Virus record (IMG/VR): IMGVR_UViG_3300024279_000008
Coordinates: 1,772-65,771 of that record
Source of the DNA: a virus
Lineage: Duplodnaviria > Caudoviricetes
Reading direction: 5' to 3' (one strand)
DNA length: 64,000 nt
Positions 55,263 to 64,000 of the stretch are shown piece by piece. The position numbers and the translations under genes are program-made. The notes beneath the pieces are model-generated. The model was given only the letters and a program-made list of their open reading frames with translations, had not been told where the DNA came from and did no database searches. Each line of letters starts with the position of its first letter. Within the stretch, counting starts at the first letter, position 1.

Positions 55263-55576
55263 AAACCCTAACCCACAACGGTACAACCTACCGGATTGTG
55301 TTCTTTTACCCCCACAAGCACTCAAAGAAGCGTGCAGTGGTGGGATGTCGAGTAACCACCCGGACCTGCTCCCCAGACTCTGGGGAGTTGGTGGCGGGTC
55401 CAGACTACGTAGGGACCGCATCCTGTAACCGGGACTCGGGGGATGAGTTCCAAAAGGAGCTAGGACGGGTCCTGGCCCTGGAACGTGCGGTGGCAGATCT
55501 CCCGCATGATTTGCGCCCCAAAATCCGGGCACTCTATCACCATCGGACCCTCGGGACAGGAGGCGGGAATGTCTAA
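55259..55576 (+). CDS. conserved-type phage protein
   Basis: GTASC...DEF.KELGR.LALERA motif. Confidence 0.65.
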   Translation: MKTLTHNGTTYRIVFFYPHKHSKKRAVVGCRVTTRTCSPDSGELVAGPDYVGTASCNRDSGDEFQKELGRVLALERAVADLPHDLRPKIRALYHHRTLGTGGGNV

Positions 55577-55838
55577 AAAACAACTCCATCTAGAGCAGTT
55601 GATGGCTCAGAGGGATTTTGTCCTCTCGTTGAATGCATTGTCCCCGATCCTCCAGAAGGCCTTAGAGACAGACCTCAACTCCGCGATTGCCTGGGCTGAG
55701 ACCTACTGGCCGGAGACGGAGGAACGGGTTCCTGCACAGGAAAATATCAGCCGAACAACTAACCCGCCTCTTTGGTTTCCTCCGGACGTGGATGAAATCG
55801 TTTGGGAGATGACCGGGGCGATGGCTTGGGGAGGATAA
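55569..55838 (+). CDS. hypothetical protein
   Basis: GGAGG RBS before ATG 55569. Confidence 0.55.
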   Translation: MSKKQLHLEQLMAQRDFVLSLNALSPILQKALETDLNSAIAWAETYWPETEERVPAQENISRTTNPPLWFPPDVDEIVWEMTGAMAWGG

Positions 55839-55842
55839 ACGG

Positions 55843-57129
55843 ATGAACGAGAAGATTTGGATTAGCACAGATAAGGTGGTGGATAAGTATGCCTATAGCA
55901 TCCCCAAGGATACCCCAGTGGTTTTCAAAGGGGACCTACCGGTTGGGGTGCTGGATCGGGGGATTAAACTCTACTCCCCCCCAAGGGATGGGATGGCTTC
56001 TTTCCGGGAAGCAACCCCCGAGGAACTCCAGACTATCCAGGCAGCTCTGGATGCTAAGGCTTTTACCGACCGGGTAAATATTATGGATACCTCCCAATAC
56101 ACAATTGGGTCCGACCCGGAGTTATTCGCGGTCAACAAGGACGGGGTGGTGATTCCTGCATGGAAGTTTCTCGGGTCCAAAACCAGTAGCAGTATTTACT
56201 GGGATGGGTTCCAAGGAGAGTTTACCACCACCGCTCATGGATGCATCGCGTATTGGGTGGATAATTTCCACTACCAACTCAAGCGGTTCAATAGCTACCT
56301 CCACGCATACGACCCTCTCGCCCGGCTCGTGGGGGATTGTGTCCTCCCGATCCCCCCGGAGATGATGGCTGAGACCACCCCAGAGCAGCATCAGCTTGGG
56401 TGTATGCCCTCAATGAATGCGTATGGGGCGGCTGGGGAGGGTGTGGAGCATGGGAAGGCATTGCCAATCCGGTTTGCAGGGTGTCACATTCACATTGGGA
56501 CCCAAGCCTTATCCCCTGAGGAGTTTGTCCGAGCAGTCAAATTCGCTGATGCCCTCGCAGGGGTAATTTCCGTGAGTGTCCTGCAAGGGCTTGAAGACCC
56601 GATGCGAAGGAGGTTCTACGGGTTGGCGGGGGAATATCGGCTCCCTTCGCATGGGTTGGAATACCGGGTCCTATCGAGTGCTATCACTTGGCACCCGGCG
56701 TTGGTACATTTCTTCTCGAACCTTGTAAGGATTGCAGTAGGGGCTGCCAGGGCTGGGGCTGAGGGCCTCTGGAAAGTCTCCGAGGAAGAGGTTCAACACA
56801 CGGTTAATACCTTGGATATCCACCAGGCCCAGGAGATCATCCTCCGGAACCGAGGGGTGTTGGAGGATATTCTTGGGAAGTTGTATGGGACCAACCAACC
56901 GACCCTGGGAGGTAGTGAGTACATCCCCTGGGGAGTCCCTTCGCCTCAGCGGATCGTGGATGAATTCATCCTTCAAGGGGTGAAGAAGTATATCCCCCTG
57001 GACATCGAGCAAAACTGGCTTCTCAAAGGCGGGTGGGTGGCCCACTCCGAAGGCCCTCAAGTGATGATGTGGCGGGCACTCAAGACCTGGTTAGATGGGT
57101 GGGAGTATGTCCCGCCTGGGAGTAGATAA
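55843..57129 (+). CDS. phiEco32-like COOH-NH2 ligase
   Basis: IGSDPELF, DGFQGEF, LGCMPS, GCHIHIG, YGLAGEYR, GLEYRVLS. Confidence 0.88.
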   Translation: MNEKIWISTDKVVDKYAYSIPKDTPVVFKGDLPVGVLDRGIKLYSPPRDGMASFREATPEELQTIQAALDAKAFTDRVNIMDTSQYTIGSDPELFAVNKDGVVIPAWKFLGSKTSSSIYWDGFQGEFTTTAHGCIAYWVDNFHYQLKRFNSYLHAYDPLARLVGDCVLPIPPEMMAETTPEQHQLGCMPSMNAYGAAGEGVEHGKALPIRFAGCHIHIGTQALSPEEFVRAVKFADALAGVISVSVLQGLEDPMRRRFYGLAGEYRLPSHGLEYRVLSSAITWHPALVHFFSNLVRIAVGAARAGAEGLWKVSEEEVQHTVNTLDIHQAQEIILRNRGVLEDILGKLYGTNQPTLGGSEYIPWGVPSPQRIVDEFILQGVKKYIPLDIEQNWLLKGGWVAHSEGPQVMMWRALKTWLDGWEYVPPGSR

Positions 57130-57132
57130 ACT

Positions 57133-57927
57133 ATGACACAAATTGAATTCGAGGAAGGGCTCCTTCGAGCAGAGCCCCGAAAAAATCCCGAAACCGGTGG
57201 GATGGAGGTGTTCATCTCCGGGATGAAGTTTGTTCCTACCCAAGGGACGAATTGGTTTCATCTCCAGATTGGGGTCATGGCGGGGGATCCCTGCCCTGGG
57301 TGTGGGGGGAAGTACCTGAGGGAGCCTTCGGGGATCTTTTGCCTAGAATGCCTTGCCGGGATCGTCCTGAAAACCAACCCAATCACCGGACGGGAGGAAT
57401 GCTTCAGCCGGAAGATGGCAAATAGGGTCAATGTTCAAACTCCTCCTTTGCTCCGAAGCGGGTTTGTCTGGGAGAATGGGGTATTGGGATTTAAAATCGG
57501 AGAGTACATCTCCCCATTTTGGGTGGCTCTTGCGAAGTCCTTCCCGGATGATCCATTGTCGGTGGGAATCATCCAGTATTGGCAGGATGAGGAGTGGGAG
57601 AATAACCCAGATTTTCTTGTGGTGGGGGATTGGATGTTTTTTAAGGCTCGCCCTATTAGGGTAGGGGCTATTGGTCTTGCCTCGGCTATAACATCGCTTA
57701 GGAAATTCGCCCCCAACGGGTGGGTTACTTATATCGATCATCTAACAACTATCTACCTGCGTGGAGCAGACCATATCTGGTACTCAAACCGACTCAAAAC
57801 CGAGTTTGACCGTCTCAACCCCTTCCTCCCCAAAAAACCCTCCCGAAGCTGGGAGAAGGATCTCCAAGAGGTTTGTACCGGGTGGCCAGGGATTCAACCC
57901 TGGCTTACCAAACGAGGAGTGTTATGA
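57133..57927 (+). CDS. hypothetical protein
   Basis: 264-aa ORF with CPGC/CLEC motifs inside the ligase cluster. Confidence 0.65.
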   Translation: MTQIEFEEGLLRAEPRKNPETGGMEVFISGMKFVPTQGTNWFHLQIGVMAGDPCPGCGGKYLREPSGIFCLECLAGIVLKTNPITGREECFSRKMANRVNVQTPPLLRSGFVWENGVLGFKIGEYISPFWVALAKSFPDDPLSVGIIQYWQDEEWENNPDFLVVGDWMFFKARPIRVGAIGLASAITSLRKFAPNGWVTYIDHLTTIYLRGADHIWYSNRLKTEFDRLNPFLPKKPSRSWEKDLQEVCTGWPGIQPWLTKRGVL

Positions 57928-59120
57928 AACAAAACCCAACCCCCACCCCAGGCCGGGTTAATTGCCGGAATTGCGGGGGACTGAATGTTCGAGGGTGCCC
58001 TGAGTGCAAGCGATGCATCGACCGATGCGGATGTCGTTGTCGGACTTGCGAGGCCTGCTCCGCGAAGAGTGGACCCTCCAAGGAGGTCCGCCATTCCACC
58101 TCGGCCAGATGCAAGAACTGTGGGAAATGCCGTCGGGGAATGTTCCAAGCCACCAATTCCTGGGGGCTCATGGAGGACTTCTGTGCCTGCCGAAAGATGC
58201 CTAAGTGGATGTTTATTCGGGACCCAAAAGCCACGGAACGGTCGATCAATCGGTTGAGTCGACCCCTAGGGCTAGAGATCGAACTCTGCAATATCGGGAC
58301 ATTTGGGCAGGGGGATTGGAAAAACCGCCCTCCCTACCTCGCGATTAACTTCGAGCATGATGGGTCGGTTCGAGGGGCTGCAACAGAGGCAGTCCTCAAT
58401 CCGTTGATCGGGGATCAATTCCTTGAGGGGATTGTGTGGCTAACGAAGTACCTGGTTGGGTGCGGGGCAGAGGTCGATACCTCTTGTGGGCTGCATGTCC
58501 ATGTAGGGGCGAGTGATTTTGGCCCGTACGAACTCCGAAGGTTGTTTGGGATTTACCAATCCATCCAGCACGACATCTACGGGAAGATGATCCCAGCCTA
58601 CCGCCAAGAACCCTCCCCAGTCAATGGGAAGTACTACTGTATGCCGTATGATATGGACCGGAAATGGTGGGCGGGGCTGTGGGAGGTTAAGGACCCATCT
58701 GCGCTGAGGGAGTATATCTGTTCGTGGGTCTTCCGGCATTGCAAGATGGACGGGTATGTGGTTACTCGGGATGGGAAGGAAGTCCGGAAGCCTTTTGTTG
58801 GGGTCCCTAACCTCCGGAGGGGGAAGTACCAAATCCCCTCTCGGTATTATGGCCTCAACATCCATTCTTGGTTTGTCCGGGGGACAATCGAATGGCGGCA
58901 CTACCCAGGGACCCTAGCGTTGGATGAAATCCTCTATTGGCCCTTGCTTTGTGGGTGGATAACCCAGCTTGCATCGGCCCTTACCGATCAGGAGGTCCAG
59001 AAGCTTGGGGGGATGGAAGACCTAGTCACCCGCCACTGGCAGCATAGGTATCTGGCAATCAGAATCCCAGCACCTGTTCGGGATTGGACCTTAGGACAAC
59101 TCAAAAAGGAGAGAAATTAA
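57924..59120 (+). CDS. putative amidoligase with Cys-rich N-terminal domain
   Basis: LGLEIE, HDGSV, CGLHVHVG, RYYGLN, TIEWRHYPGTL. Confidence 0.88.
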   Translation: MKQNPTPTPGRVNCRNCGGLNVRGCPECKRCIDRCGCRCRTCEACSAKSGPSKEVRHSTSARCKNCGKCRRGMFQATNSWGLMEDFCACRKMPKWMFIRDPKATERSINRLSRPLGLEIELCNIGTFGQGDWKNRPPYLAINFEHDGSVRGAATEAVLNPLIGDQFLEGIVWLTKYLVGCGAEVDTSCGLHVHVGASDFGPYELRRLFGIYQSIQHDIYGKMIPAYRQEPSPVNGKYYCMPYDMDRKWWAGLWEVKDPSALREYICSWVFRHCKMDGYVVTRDGKEVRKPFVGVPNLRRGKYQIPSRYYGLNIHSWFVRGTIEWRHYPGTLALDEILYWPLLCGWITQLASALTDQEVQKLGGMEDLVTRHWQHRYLAIRIPAPVRDWTLGQLKKERN

Positions 59121-59121
59121 A

Positions 59122-60201
59122 ATGTGTGGAATCATGGCGTTTTCCCGACTTACCCCTGCAACTCGAAAGATGGCCCCGATCCTTGCCTGGGAGCTTGCCT
59201 CCCGAGGACAGGATTCTTGGGGGATGACAAATGGCGAGGAGGTTATCCGTAGGGCGGGGCCTCAGATATTGAACTACGAAGAACCCCCCGAGGAGTGGGA
59301 TGGTGGGCCGGTGGTATGGCATAACCGAGGGGCCTCGTTCCGGGAGAACGCTGCCGACCCAGAGTGTGCTCATCCATACACATTCTCGAAGGAGGACGGG
59401 TCCTCGGTGATTGGGGTCCACAACGGGGTTATCCGAAACCACACCGAATTGAACACCAAGTACAAGCGGGACTTCAAGGTAGACTCCATGCATATCTGGG
59501 CGCACTATGCCGAAGGCCGGTCATGGAAAGAGTTGGAGGGGTGGGGGAATTTGGTTTGGTTCGAGACCTACCTCGGGGAGCGAACCATGAACTTTGCTCG
59601 GATAAACGACCAAGCCCTCCATGCGTTTACCTTGGAGGATGGGGAGATGGTGTTGTGTTCGGTGGCTCTCCCAGTCCGATGGGCAGCGGCAATGTATGGG
59701 AATCCCATCCGGCATTCATGGGATATCAAGGAATATCGGCAGTACGTAACGACCTACGAAGCCAACGGGAAGGATATCCCGTATGAAGTCAAAGGCCCGG
59801 GGGTGCAGTTTGCGTATATGGGGGGGAATTTTCGGGCTTCGTCCTGGCAGCCCACTGGGCCTAATCTCGCCTCCGGTCCAGTCACGCGCCCTACCATCCC
59901 CACTGGACCAAAGCCTGGTGGGAATGGTGAACAGTTTCTCTGTAGGATTTGCTTCAAAAACAAGCTCCAGTCCTACGCCAATGGCATCCTCTGCCAGGGA
60001 TGCTTCACCGATCAAGTTGAGAGATGGTTGGATAAGCAGGATGGGAAGATGGATTTGCAGAATGAACGGCGGTTAATCGAGAAAGTCCTGAAGATCGCAG
60101 CAGCCCCTGAGCCACCCAAGGTCAATACTATGTCCGTGGCGGAGCAAAAAGTCCTCGCGGAGTTCTACGAGGAAGGAGCACTCAGTCCATGGGTGAGTTA
60201 G
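59122..60201 (+). CDS. class II (Ntn) glutamine amidotransferase
   Basis: N-terminal MCGI, RGQDSWG, HNRGAS, HPY, HNGVI.N, VDS. Confidence 0.9.
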   Translation: MCGIMAFSRLTPATRKMAPILAWELASRGQDSWGMTNGEEVIRRAGPQILNYEEPPEEWDGGPVVWHNRGASFRENAADPECAHPYTFSKEDGSSVIGVHNGVIRNHTELNTKYKRDFKVDSMHIWAHYAEGRSWKELEGWGNLVWFETYLGERTMNFARINDQALHAFTLEDGEMVLCSVALPVRWAAAMYGNPIRHSWDIKEYRQYVTTYEANGKDIPYEVKGPGVQFAYMGGNFRASSWQPTGPNLASGPVTRPTIPTGPKPGGNGEQFLCRICFKNKLQSYANGILCQGCFTDQVERWLDKQDGKMDLQNERRLIEKVLKIAAAPEPPKVNTMSVAEQKVLAEFYEEGALSPWVS

Positions 60202-60545
60202 AAGCGAAACGAGGGAGGCCACCAGGGACTACGGAGTCTATCGAGAGCCTCGCTAGGAAGGATGCCCAGCAGTCGTTGAAGCTCGCGGAGCGAATCCGAA
60301 AGGTGGTAGAGGTTCAACTTGGGAGGGTGGAGGCTAGGCTCCAGGCGTTGGACCCTACCAACCCAGCCAGCATGAAGGAGATTGTAGAGTTGACACAGTT
60401 TTTGATGGATGGGCACGAGTCGGTGATGAAGACAGTCGCGAGCACCGCGCGGATTGCCTCCCAGGACCCAGCGAAGGCTGGGGAAGGTGAGGATGGAGCA
60501 GCAGCGAAGGAGTTTATTGCTCAGATCAGGGGGGATGGGGTATGA
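60189..60545 (+). CDS. helical protein with N-terminal GRP motif (terminase small subunit-like?)
   Basis: KRGRPPG followed by two long helices; AAGGAG RBS. Confidence 0.5.
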   Translation: MGELEAKRGRPPGTTESIESLARKDAQQSLKLAERIRKVVEVQLGRVEARLQALDPTNPASMKEIVELTQFLMDGHESVMKTVASTARIASQDPAKAGEGEDGAAAKEFIAQIRGDGV

Positions 60546-60736
60546 CAGTTTCGTTGATTCTCGAAGATGACTGTCCTTCATGTAATGGGTTTGGAGCAAC
60601 TTGGAAACATTTCTCCGGAGCAAAAAAATCTATCCAATCTATTTGCGAAACTTGTCAAGGTAAAGGGCGGGTTCCATCAGAGGACGGATTAACTTTGTTA
60701 TATTTTCTCAAGAGATTTAAGGAATATCCAGTATGA
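60542..60736 (+). CDS. DnaJ-type Zn-finger protein
   Basis: CPSCNGFG...CETCQGKG. Confidence 0.6.
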   Translation: MTVSLILEDDCPSCNGFGATWKHFSGAKKSIQSICETCQGKGRVPSEDGLTLLYFLKRFKEYPV

Positions 60737-60930
60737 AAACAAGTTCACGTAACAGCGGTCACACAGCAAAGCATTTCGGACCGGGGGTGCTGGTAAGTTA
60801 CTGCCCCCATTGCCCGGTGAAGTTCCCGGCGCAACCTCAGGAAAATCCCCGGATCAAAGGGGCCAAGCCTGGGAGGGTGGGAAGGTGTCCTGTGGACCCA
60901 ACCCACACATGGAGGATGGTTAATGGCTAG
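60733..60930 (+). CDS. small Zn-binding protein
   Basis: CPHC...CP...H; ATGA coupling. Confidence 0.5.
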   Translation: MKTSSRNSGHTAKHFGPGVLVSYCPHCPVKFPAQPQENPRIKGAKPGRVGRCPVDPTHTWRMVNG

Positions 60931-61285
60931 TGCAGGGGCGAGTGTTTTTATGAATGGCGAGTACCATATCAAACTGAAGATGACAGGGAATAAATCCAAG
61001 ATATCCCTGTTCAACACCATCCTCGCGGATGCAGATAGGGATTATCCCTACCGCCCGGATAGGGTTGGGGGGCCACTGACATGTGGGAAATGCTCTGGGG
61101 CGATCTACCGAGCCCCCAGGTATAAACCAGTTCATCTCCTGGGGTTGGCAGAGCAGGTGAATATGACGGATCTCCTTCCGGGGCGGTTCAAACTCAAGAT
61201 CAAACGGTTCTGCACCCTCGCGACATGTGATAGGGTTGCTAAGGAACGAACCGAGAAAGCCCGCAAGGAGGGGTTATGCGTGTAG
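60923..61285 (+). CDS. Zn-binding hypothetical protein
   Basis: CGKC...C..ATC. Confidence 0.55.
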   Translation: MASAGASVFMNGEYHIKLKMTGNKSKISLFNTILADADRDYPYRPDRVGGPLTCGKCSGAIYRAPRYKPVHLLGLAEQVNMTDLLPGRFKLKIKRFCTLATCDRVAKERTEKARKEGLCV

Positions 61286-61944
61286 TTGGACCGGAAGGGT
61301 GGGAGTCTACAGCGAGACTCCAGGAAGCGGTGAAGGATCTCCCGGGGGAGAAGGTTCTGTACTACGGCACCAAGGACCGGGTGGATGGGTTGGAGCAGCT
61401 CCGGAGGTTCCAGGGGGCAGGGCTGGGAGTTCCGGTATTTACCGAGTCAGTCCTGGATGCCACGGAACTAGAGATGAATGGTGTCTCTATGTGGGGCCGT
61501 CGGAGGGTACATTCCCATGGAGTGGATATCCAGGGGTTTGGGACCCGCCCATCAGGACTCCCTCGACGAAGGTGGGCTTTGTCGGAGTTCTGGGTTCAAG
61601 CAATCCCTGCTCGGAGGGAATTCCGCCAGCATGTATTCAACGGGCGGTGTATCCGGGTTGGGGAGAAAGTCCAGACTAGACCCCAGGTCCGGAAACTCCC
61701 AGTCCGGTCGCGAGGGAATGGGTGGACACTACAATACCCGCCTAACCCTCCTGCCCCTCCAGGCATCCGAGACGTAGCGAAGCAAGCCCTTGCAGCGGTG
61801 GGGTATTTATTCGGGGCAGTGGATATCCTGGAAGGCCAGGATGGAAGGTTGTATGTCTTGGAGGTTAACTCCGCACCGTCCTTAAGGGACAATCAAACCC
61901 TAGCAGTGTATGTAAAGGAGATAAAACGATGGAACTCACAGTAG
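61276..61944 (+). CDS. ATP-grasp amide ligase (RimK/phiEco32-like)
   Basis: EFRQHVFNG, FGAVDIL, YVLEVNSAPSL. Confidence 0.88.
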   Translation: MRVVGPEGWESTARLQEAVKDLPGEKVLYYGTKDRVDGLEQLRRFQGAGLGVPVFTESVLDATELEMNGVSMWGRRRVHSHGVDIQGFGTRPSGLPRRRWALSEFWVQAIPARREFRQHVFNGRCIRVGEKVQTRPQVRKLPVRSRGNGWTLQYPPNPPAPPGIRDVAKQALAAVGYLFGAVDILEGQDGRLYVLEVNSAPSLRDNQTLAVYVKEIKRWNSQ

Positions 61945-62405
61945 CCGATTTGAAAGAGATGGTTTATAAGGAGTTTGGGTGTAATACTCCTAAGGGAGTG
62001 AAATTGTATCGAGGTGGGGAGATTATTGAGGATAGATCCCTAGTCACTCATGGGGATTTCACCATCCGAAACACCTCCGGGCTCCGTCAGGCTTACTTCA
62101 ACCTCCAGCAACTCCCAGGGTGCTGCGGGGTAATGTTGTTTAATGGGCTTGGATACACCTATGCCTTCCCCAACCCCAAGGTTTTTCTGGAATTTGCCGA
62201 GGCCTTCGCAGAAGCCGAGGGGTACACAATCCTCATGGCGACAGACATTTTAGGGGGGAGTATCCAGAAAAACCTCACAGAGGGCTGGAAGGAAACATTT
62301 AATTTTGTTAACGACAGAACTGGCAACGAAGTTGGGGTATACGTTAAGGAACTCAGCCCTTCTGGAAATCATGGCGACGAGGATGGGGATGGGGATGATT
62401 ATTAA
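61929..62405 (+). CDS. hypothetical protein, possible GNAT-like fold
   Basis: LPGCCG, EAFAEAEGYTILMAT, GW...F.NDRTGN.V..Y.K. Confidence 0.5.
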   Translation: MELTVADLKEMVYKEFGCNTPKGVKLYRGGEIIEDRSLVTHGDFTIRNTSGLRQAYFNLQQLPGCCGVMLFNGLGYTYAFPNPKVFLEFAEAFAEAEGYTILMATDILGGSIQKNLTEGWKETFNFVNDRTGNEVGVYVKELSPSGNHGDEDGDGDDY

Positions 62406-62474
62406 CCCGCTTTTAATCAACAAGTTAGTTGCCTCACCCCTCCACCAATGCTATCCTAATCTCAGGGAGATAAC

Positions 62475-62702
62475 ATGAAAGACCGGCATTGGGGATCGCT
62501 TAAACGAATCCACCTAGATGTAGGGCAGATTACACAACCTTGGGCAGTTCCAGATCGAGGTGGGGAAGGAGACCACCAAGGAGGCGGGGATGAGGGAGGG
62601 ACAGTCAATCCAAGGTATTGGAAGATGGCTCAGGATGCAGAGGATAAATTGATCGAAATGATTGATGCAGGGGAAGAGATGAAGGGGCATTTTATACCAT
62701 GA
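62475..62702 (+). CDS. hypothetical protein
   Basis: GGGAG RBS. Confidence 0.5.
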   Translation: MKDRHWGSLKRIHLDVGQITQPWAVPDRGGEGDHQGGGDEGGTVNPRYWKMAQDAEDKLIEMIDAGEEMKGHFIP

Positions 62703-62962
62703 CTCGAACCTGCCCGAAGCATGAAACGCCTTTGGAAGTTACTCTAGTCTTGACTGGTGGATGCGAGGGGCATTGGGGAGAGGATGATAGGTGTTATTGT
62801 GATTCTAAGGATGCTCATATAGAACTCCAATGTCGGTATGCCAAGGAAACTATCCGTAAGAATCATACCACTTGGTCTAACTTTTGTACCTATCGAGAAA
62901 CCGTAGTCCCCGGGCTAACCGATGAAGCCTCAATTGCCCGATGGATTCAGGAGCGACTTTGA
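62699..62962 (+). CDS. Cys-rich hypothetical protein
   Basis: CPKH, C...CYC, C...C; ATGA coupling. Confidence 0.55.
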   Translation: MTRTCPKHETPLEVTLVLTGGCEGHWGEDDRCYCDSKDAHIELQCRYAKETIRKNHTTWSNFCTYRETVVPGLTDEASIARWIQERL

Positions 62963-63159
62963 TGGCCCGCCCAACCAAGTTTATGGATGGATGGGTTAAG
63001 ACCTGTCCGAGGTGTGGAGGGGAATTCTGGGGGGAAACCCCCGAGGACCTGGAGGAGTTCTTTGGGAGCAATGCTCAGAGGGCAGGAGGCCTCCAGGTTT
63101 GGTGTAGGATGTGTAGAAAAAGGAGACGAGACGATGACAACGAAAAAGACGGCAGTTAG
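62941..63159 (+). CDS. small Zn-finger protein
   Basis: CPRCG...WCRMC; likely start at 62962. Confidence 0.55.
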   Translation: MDSGATLMARPTKFMDGWVKTCPRCGGEFWGETPEDLEEFFGSNAQRAGGLQVWCRMCRKRRRDDDNEKDGS

Positions 63160-63346
63160 CAAAGTTAAGTATGTCCAAGAGATCTTCATGCGCCCGGAGG
63201 ATTGTGAAGATACCAAGGATACAACGTCTAATCTTCAAGGGAGTTATATCCCCGAAGCCTACGACTTAGACGAAGGTGAGGAGGTTGCAGTGTACCAGTT
63301 TGTAGGAATCAAGCATCTCCACAAAGAACGCCTCACAGCCTTGTAA
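63134..63346 (+). CDS. hypothetical protein
   Basis: AAGGAG RBS before ATG 63134. Confidence 0.6.
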   Translation: MTTKKTAVSKVKYVQEIFMRPEDCEDTKDTTSNLQGSYIPEAYDLDEGEEVAVYQFVGIKHLHKERLTAL

Positions 63347-63356
63347 TCTTCATGGC

Positions 63357-63565
63357 GCACACAAGGTACTCAGTGTGCTTAATACCTAGATAACTCTCCC
63401 AAACCATCCCAACCAGGATGCCTCGGGGCGAGAATGCCAAGGCCATGAATCCCACCCAGGGATGGGTGGAGACCTACCCCAACCGGCCCTCAACCGGTAG
63501 GTGAAACGCCTAGGGGTAGGGACAAGTAGGAGCCCTAGATGGAACGTACCCATCCCTCCTACTTG
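63357..63565 (+). ncRNA. candidate structured ncRNA (five stems)
   Basis: GCACAC/GTGTGC, CATCC/GGATG, CCACCCA-GGGA-TGGGTGG, CCTACCCC/GGGGTAGG and CAAGTAGGAG/CTCCTACTTG. Confidence 0.55.
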
Positions 63566-63580
63566 CAAATGAGCTAGCAA

Positions 63581-63651
63581 TGGCTCGTTTAATGGCCTCA
63601 ACGGTTGGATCCGTAATGTATACTAAGATGGTTCGAATCCATCTGGGGCCA
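63581..63651 (+). pseudogene. degenerate tRNA-like sequence (possibly Gln-UUG derived)
   Basis: GATGG-TTCGAAT-CCATC T arm; TGGCTC/GGGCCA stem; TAATGG D loop; 6-nt TTGGAT anticodon loop. Confidence 0.4.
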
Positions 63652-63695
63652 GTAAGCCGAAGCAGAAATGTTTCGGTTTATAATATGATAGGTAC

Positions 63696-63875
63696 GACCA
63701 CCTAGTCAATGAACCAGATCCAACGAACTCTGGACCGACGGAGCCGGGTAGGATAGTAGTAATCCGGGCTAGGGCAGGTTATCCGATAGAGCCGACATGG
63801 GGGCGACTCCGTGGGTTCGGTACTGGGGTGATGACCTGGGGGTTTTGAGGGGTGACCTTGGAAAATATCCCTCAA
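63696..63875 (+). ncRNA. candidate structured ncRNA
   Basis: CCAGA/TCTGG, GGAT/ATCC inside AGCC/GGCT, CATGGGG-GCGA-CTCCGTG, TTGAGGG/CCCTCAA; TATAAT at 63679. Confidence 0.45.
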
Positions 63876-64000
63876 GGAATCTAACCGATGACACCACAAG
63901 ATGAGATACGAATGATTGGGTGGATGGTGGAGTATGAGGAGATGGTGCAGGAAGGGTTGCTAGCAACGAACCCACAAACCATCCTCCAGATCACCCAAGC

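Noticed and set aside
1-64000. Prophage or lysogeny module
   Set aside because: No integrase, repressor, att-like repeat or host housekeeping flank is visible.

Overview
This 64-kb window is part of a tailed dsDNA bacteriophage genome with a podovirus-type layout: P22-like portal, N4-gp56-like capsid, tail nozzle and adaptors, ejection proteins and no tape measure. No integrase or CRISPR array is visible. It has three blocks. (1) 1-9936, + strand: recombination and replication genes (PD-(D/E)XK nuclease, AAA ATPase, SSB, UDG-PolA fusion, helicase-like NTPase, phosphoesterase, dNTP pyrophosphohydrolase, deaminase). (2) 9933-43446, - strand: virion and packaging genes. (3) about 44095-64000, + strand: early/accessory genes, a non-coding RNA cluster and an amidoligase/ATP-grasp cluster. 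The most unusual observations are: a circularly permuted two-piece tmRNA with a 29-aa tag, flanked by two non-canonical tRNA-like RNAs; a group I intron in the major capsid gene whose P1/P10 pairing places an A rather than the usual omega-G at its 3' end; a large terminase split into two genes with three genes between them; a candidate heptose-glycosylation system in the virion block (HldE-type kinase, methyltransferase-GT9 fusion, FkbM methyltransferase, circularly permuted histidine phosphatase); and a coiled-coil gene followed by a closed ncRNA carrying an AAGG/AGG motif array. All family assignments come from motif recognition by eye; no database searches or folding programs were run.
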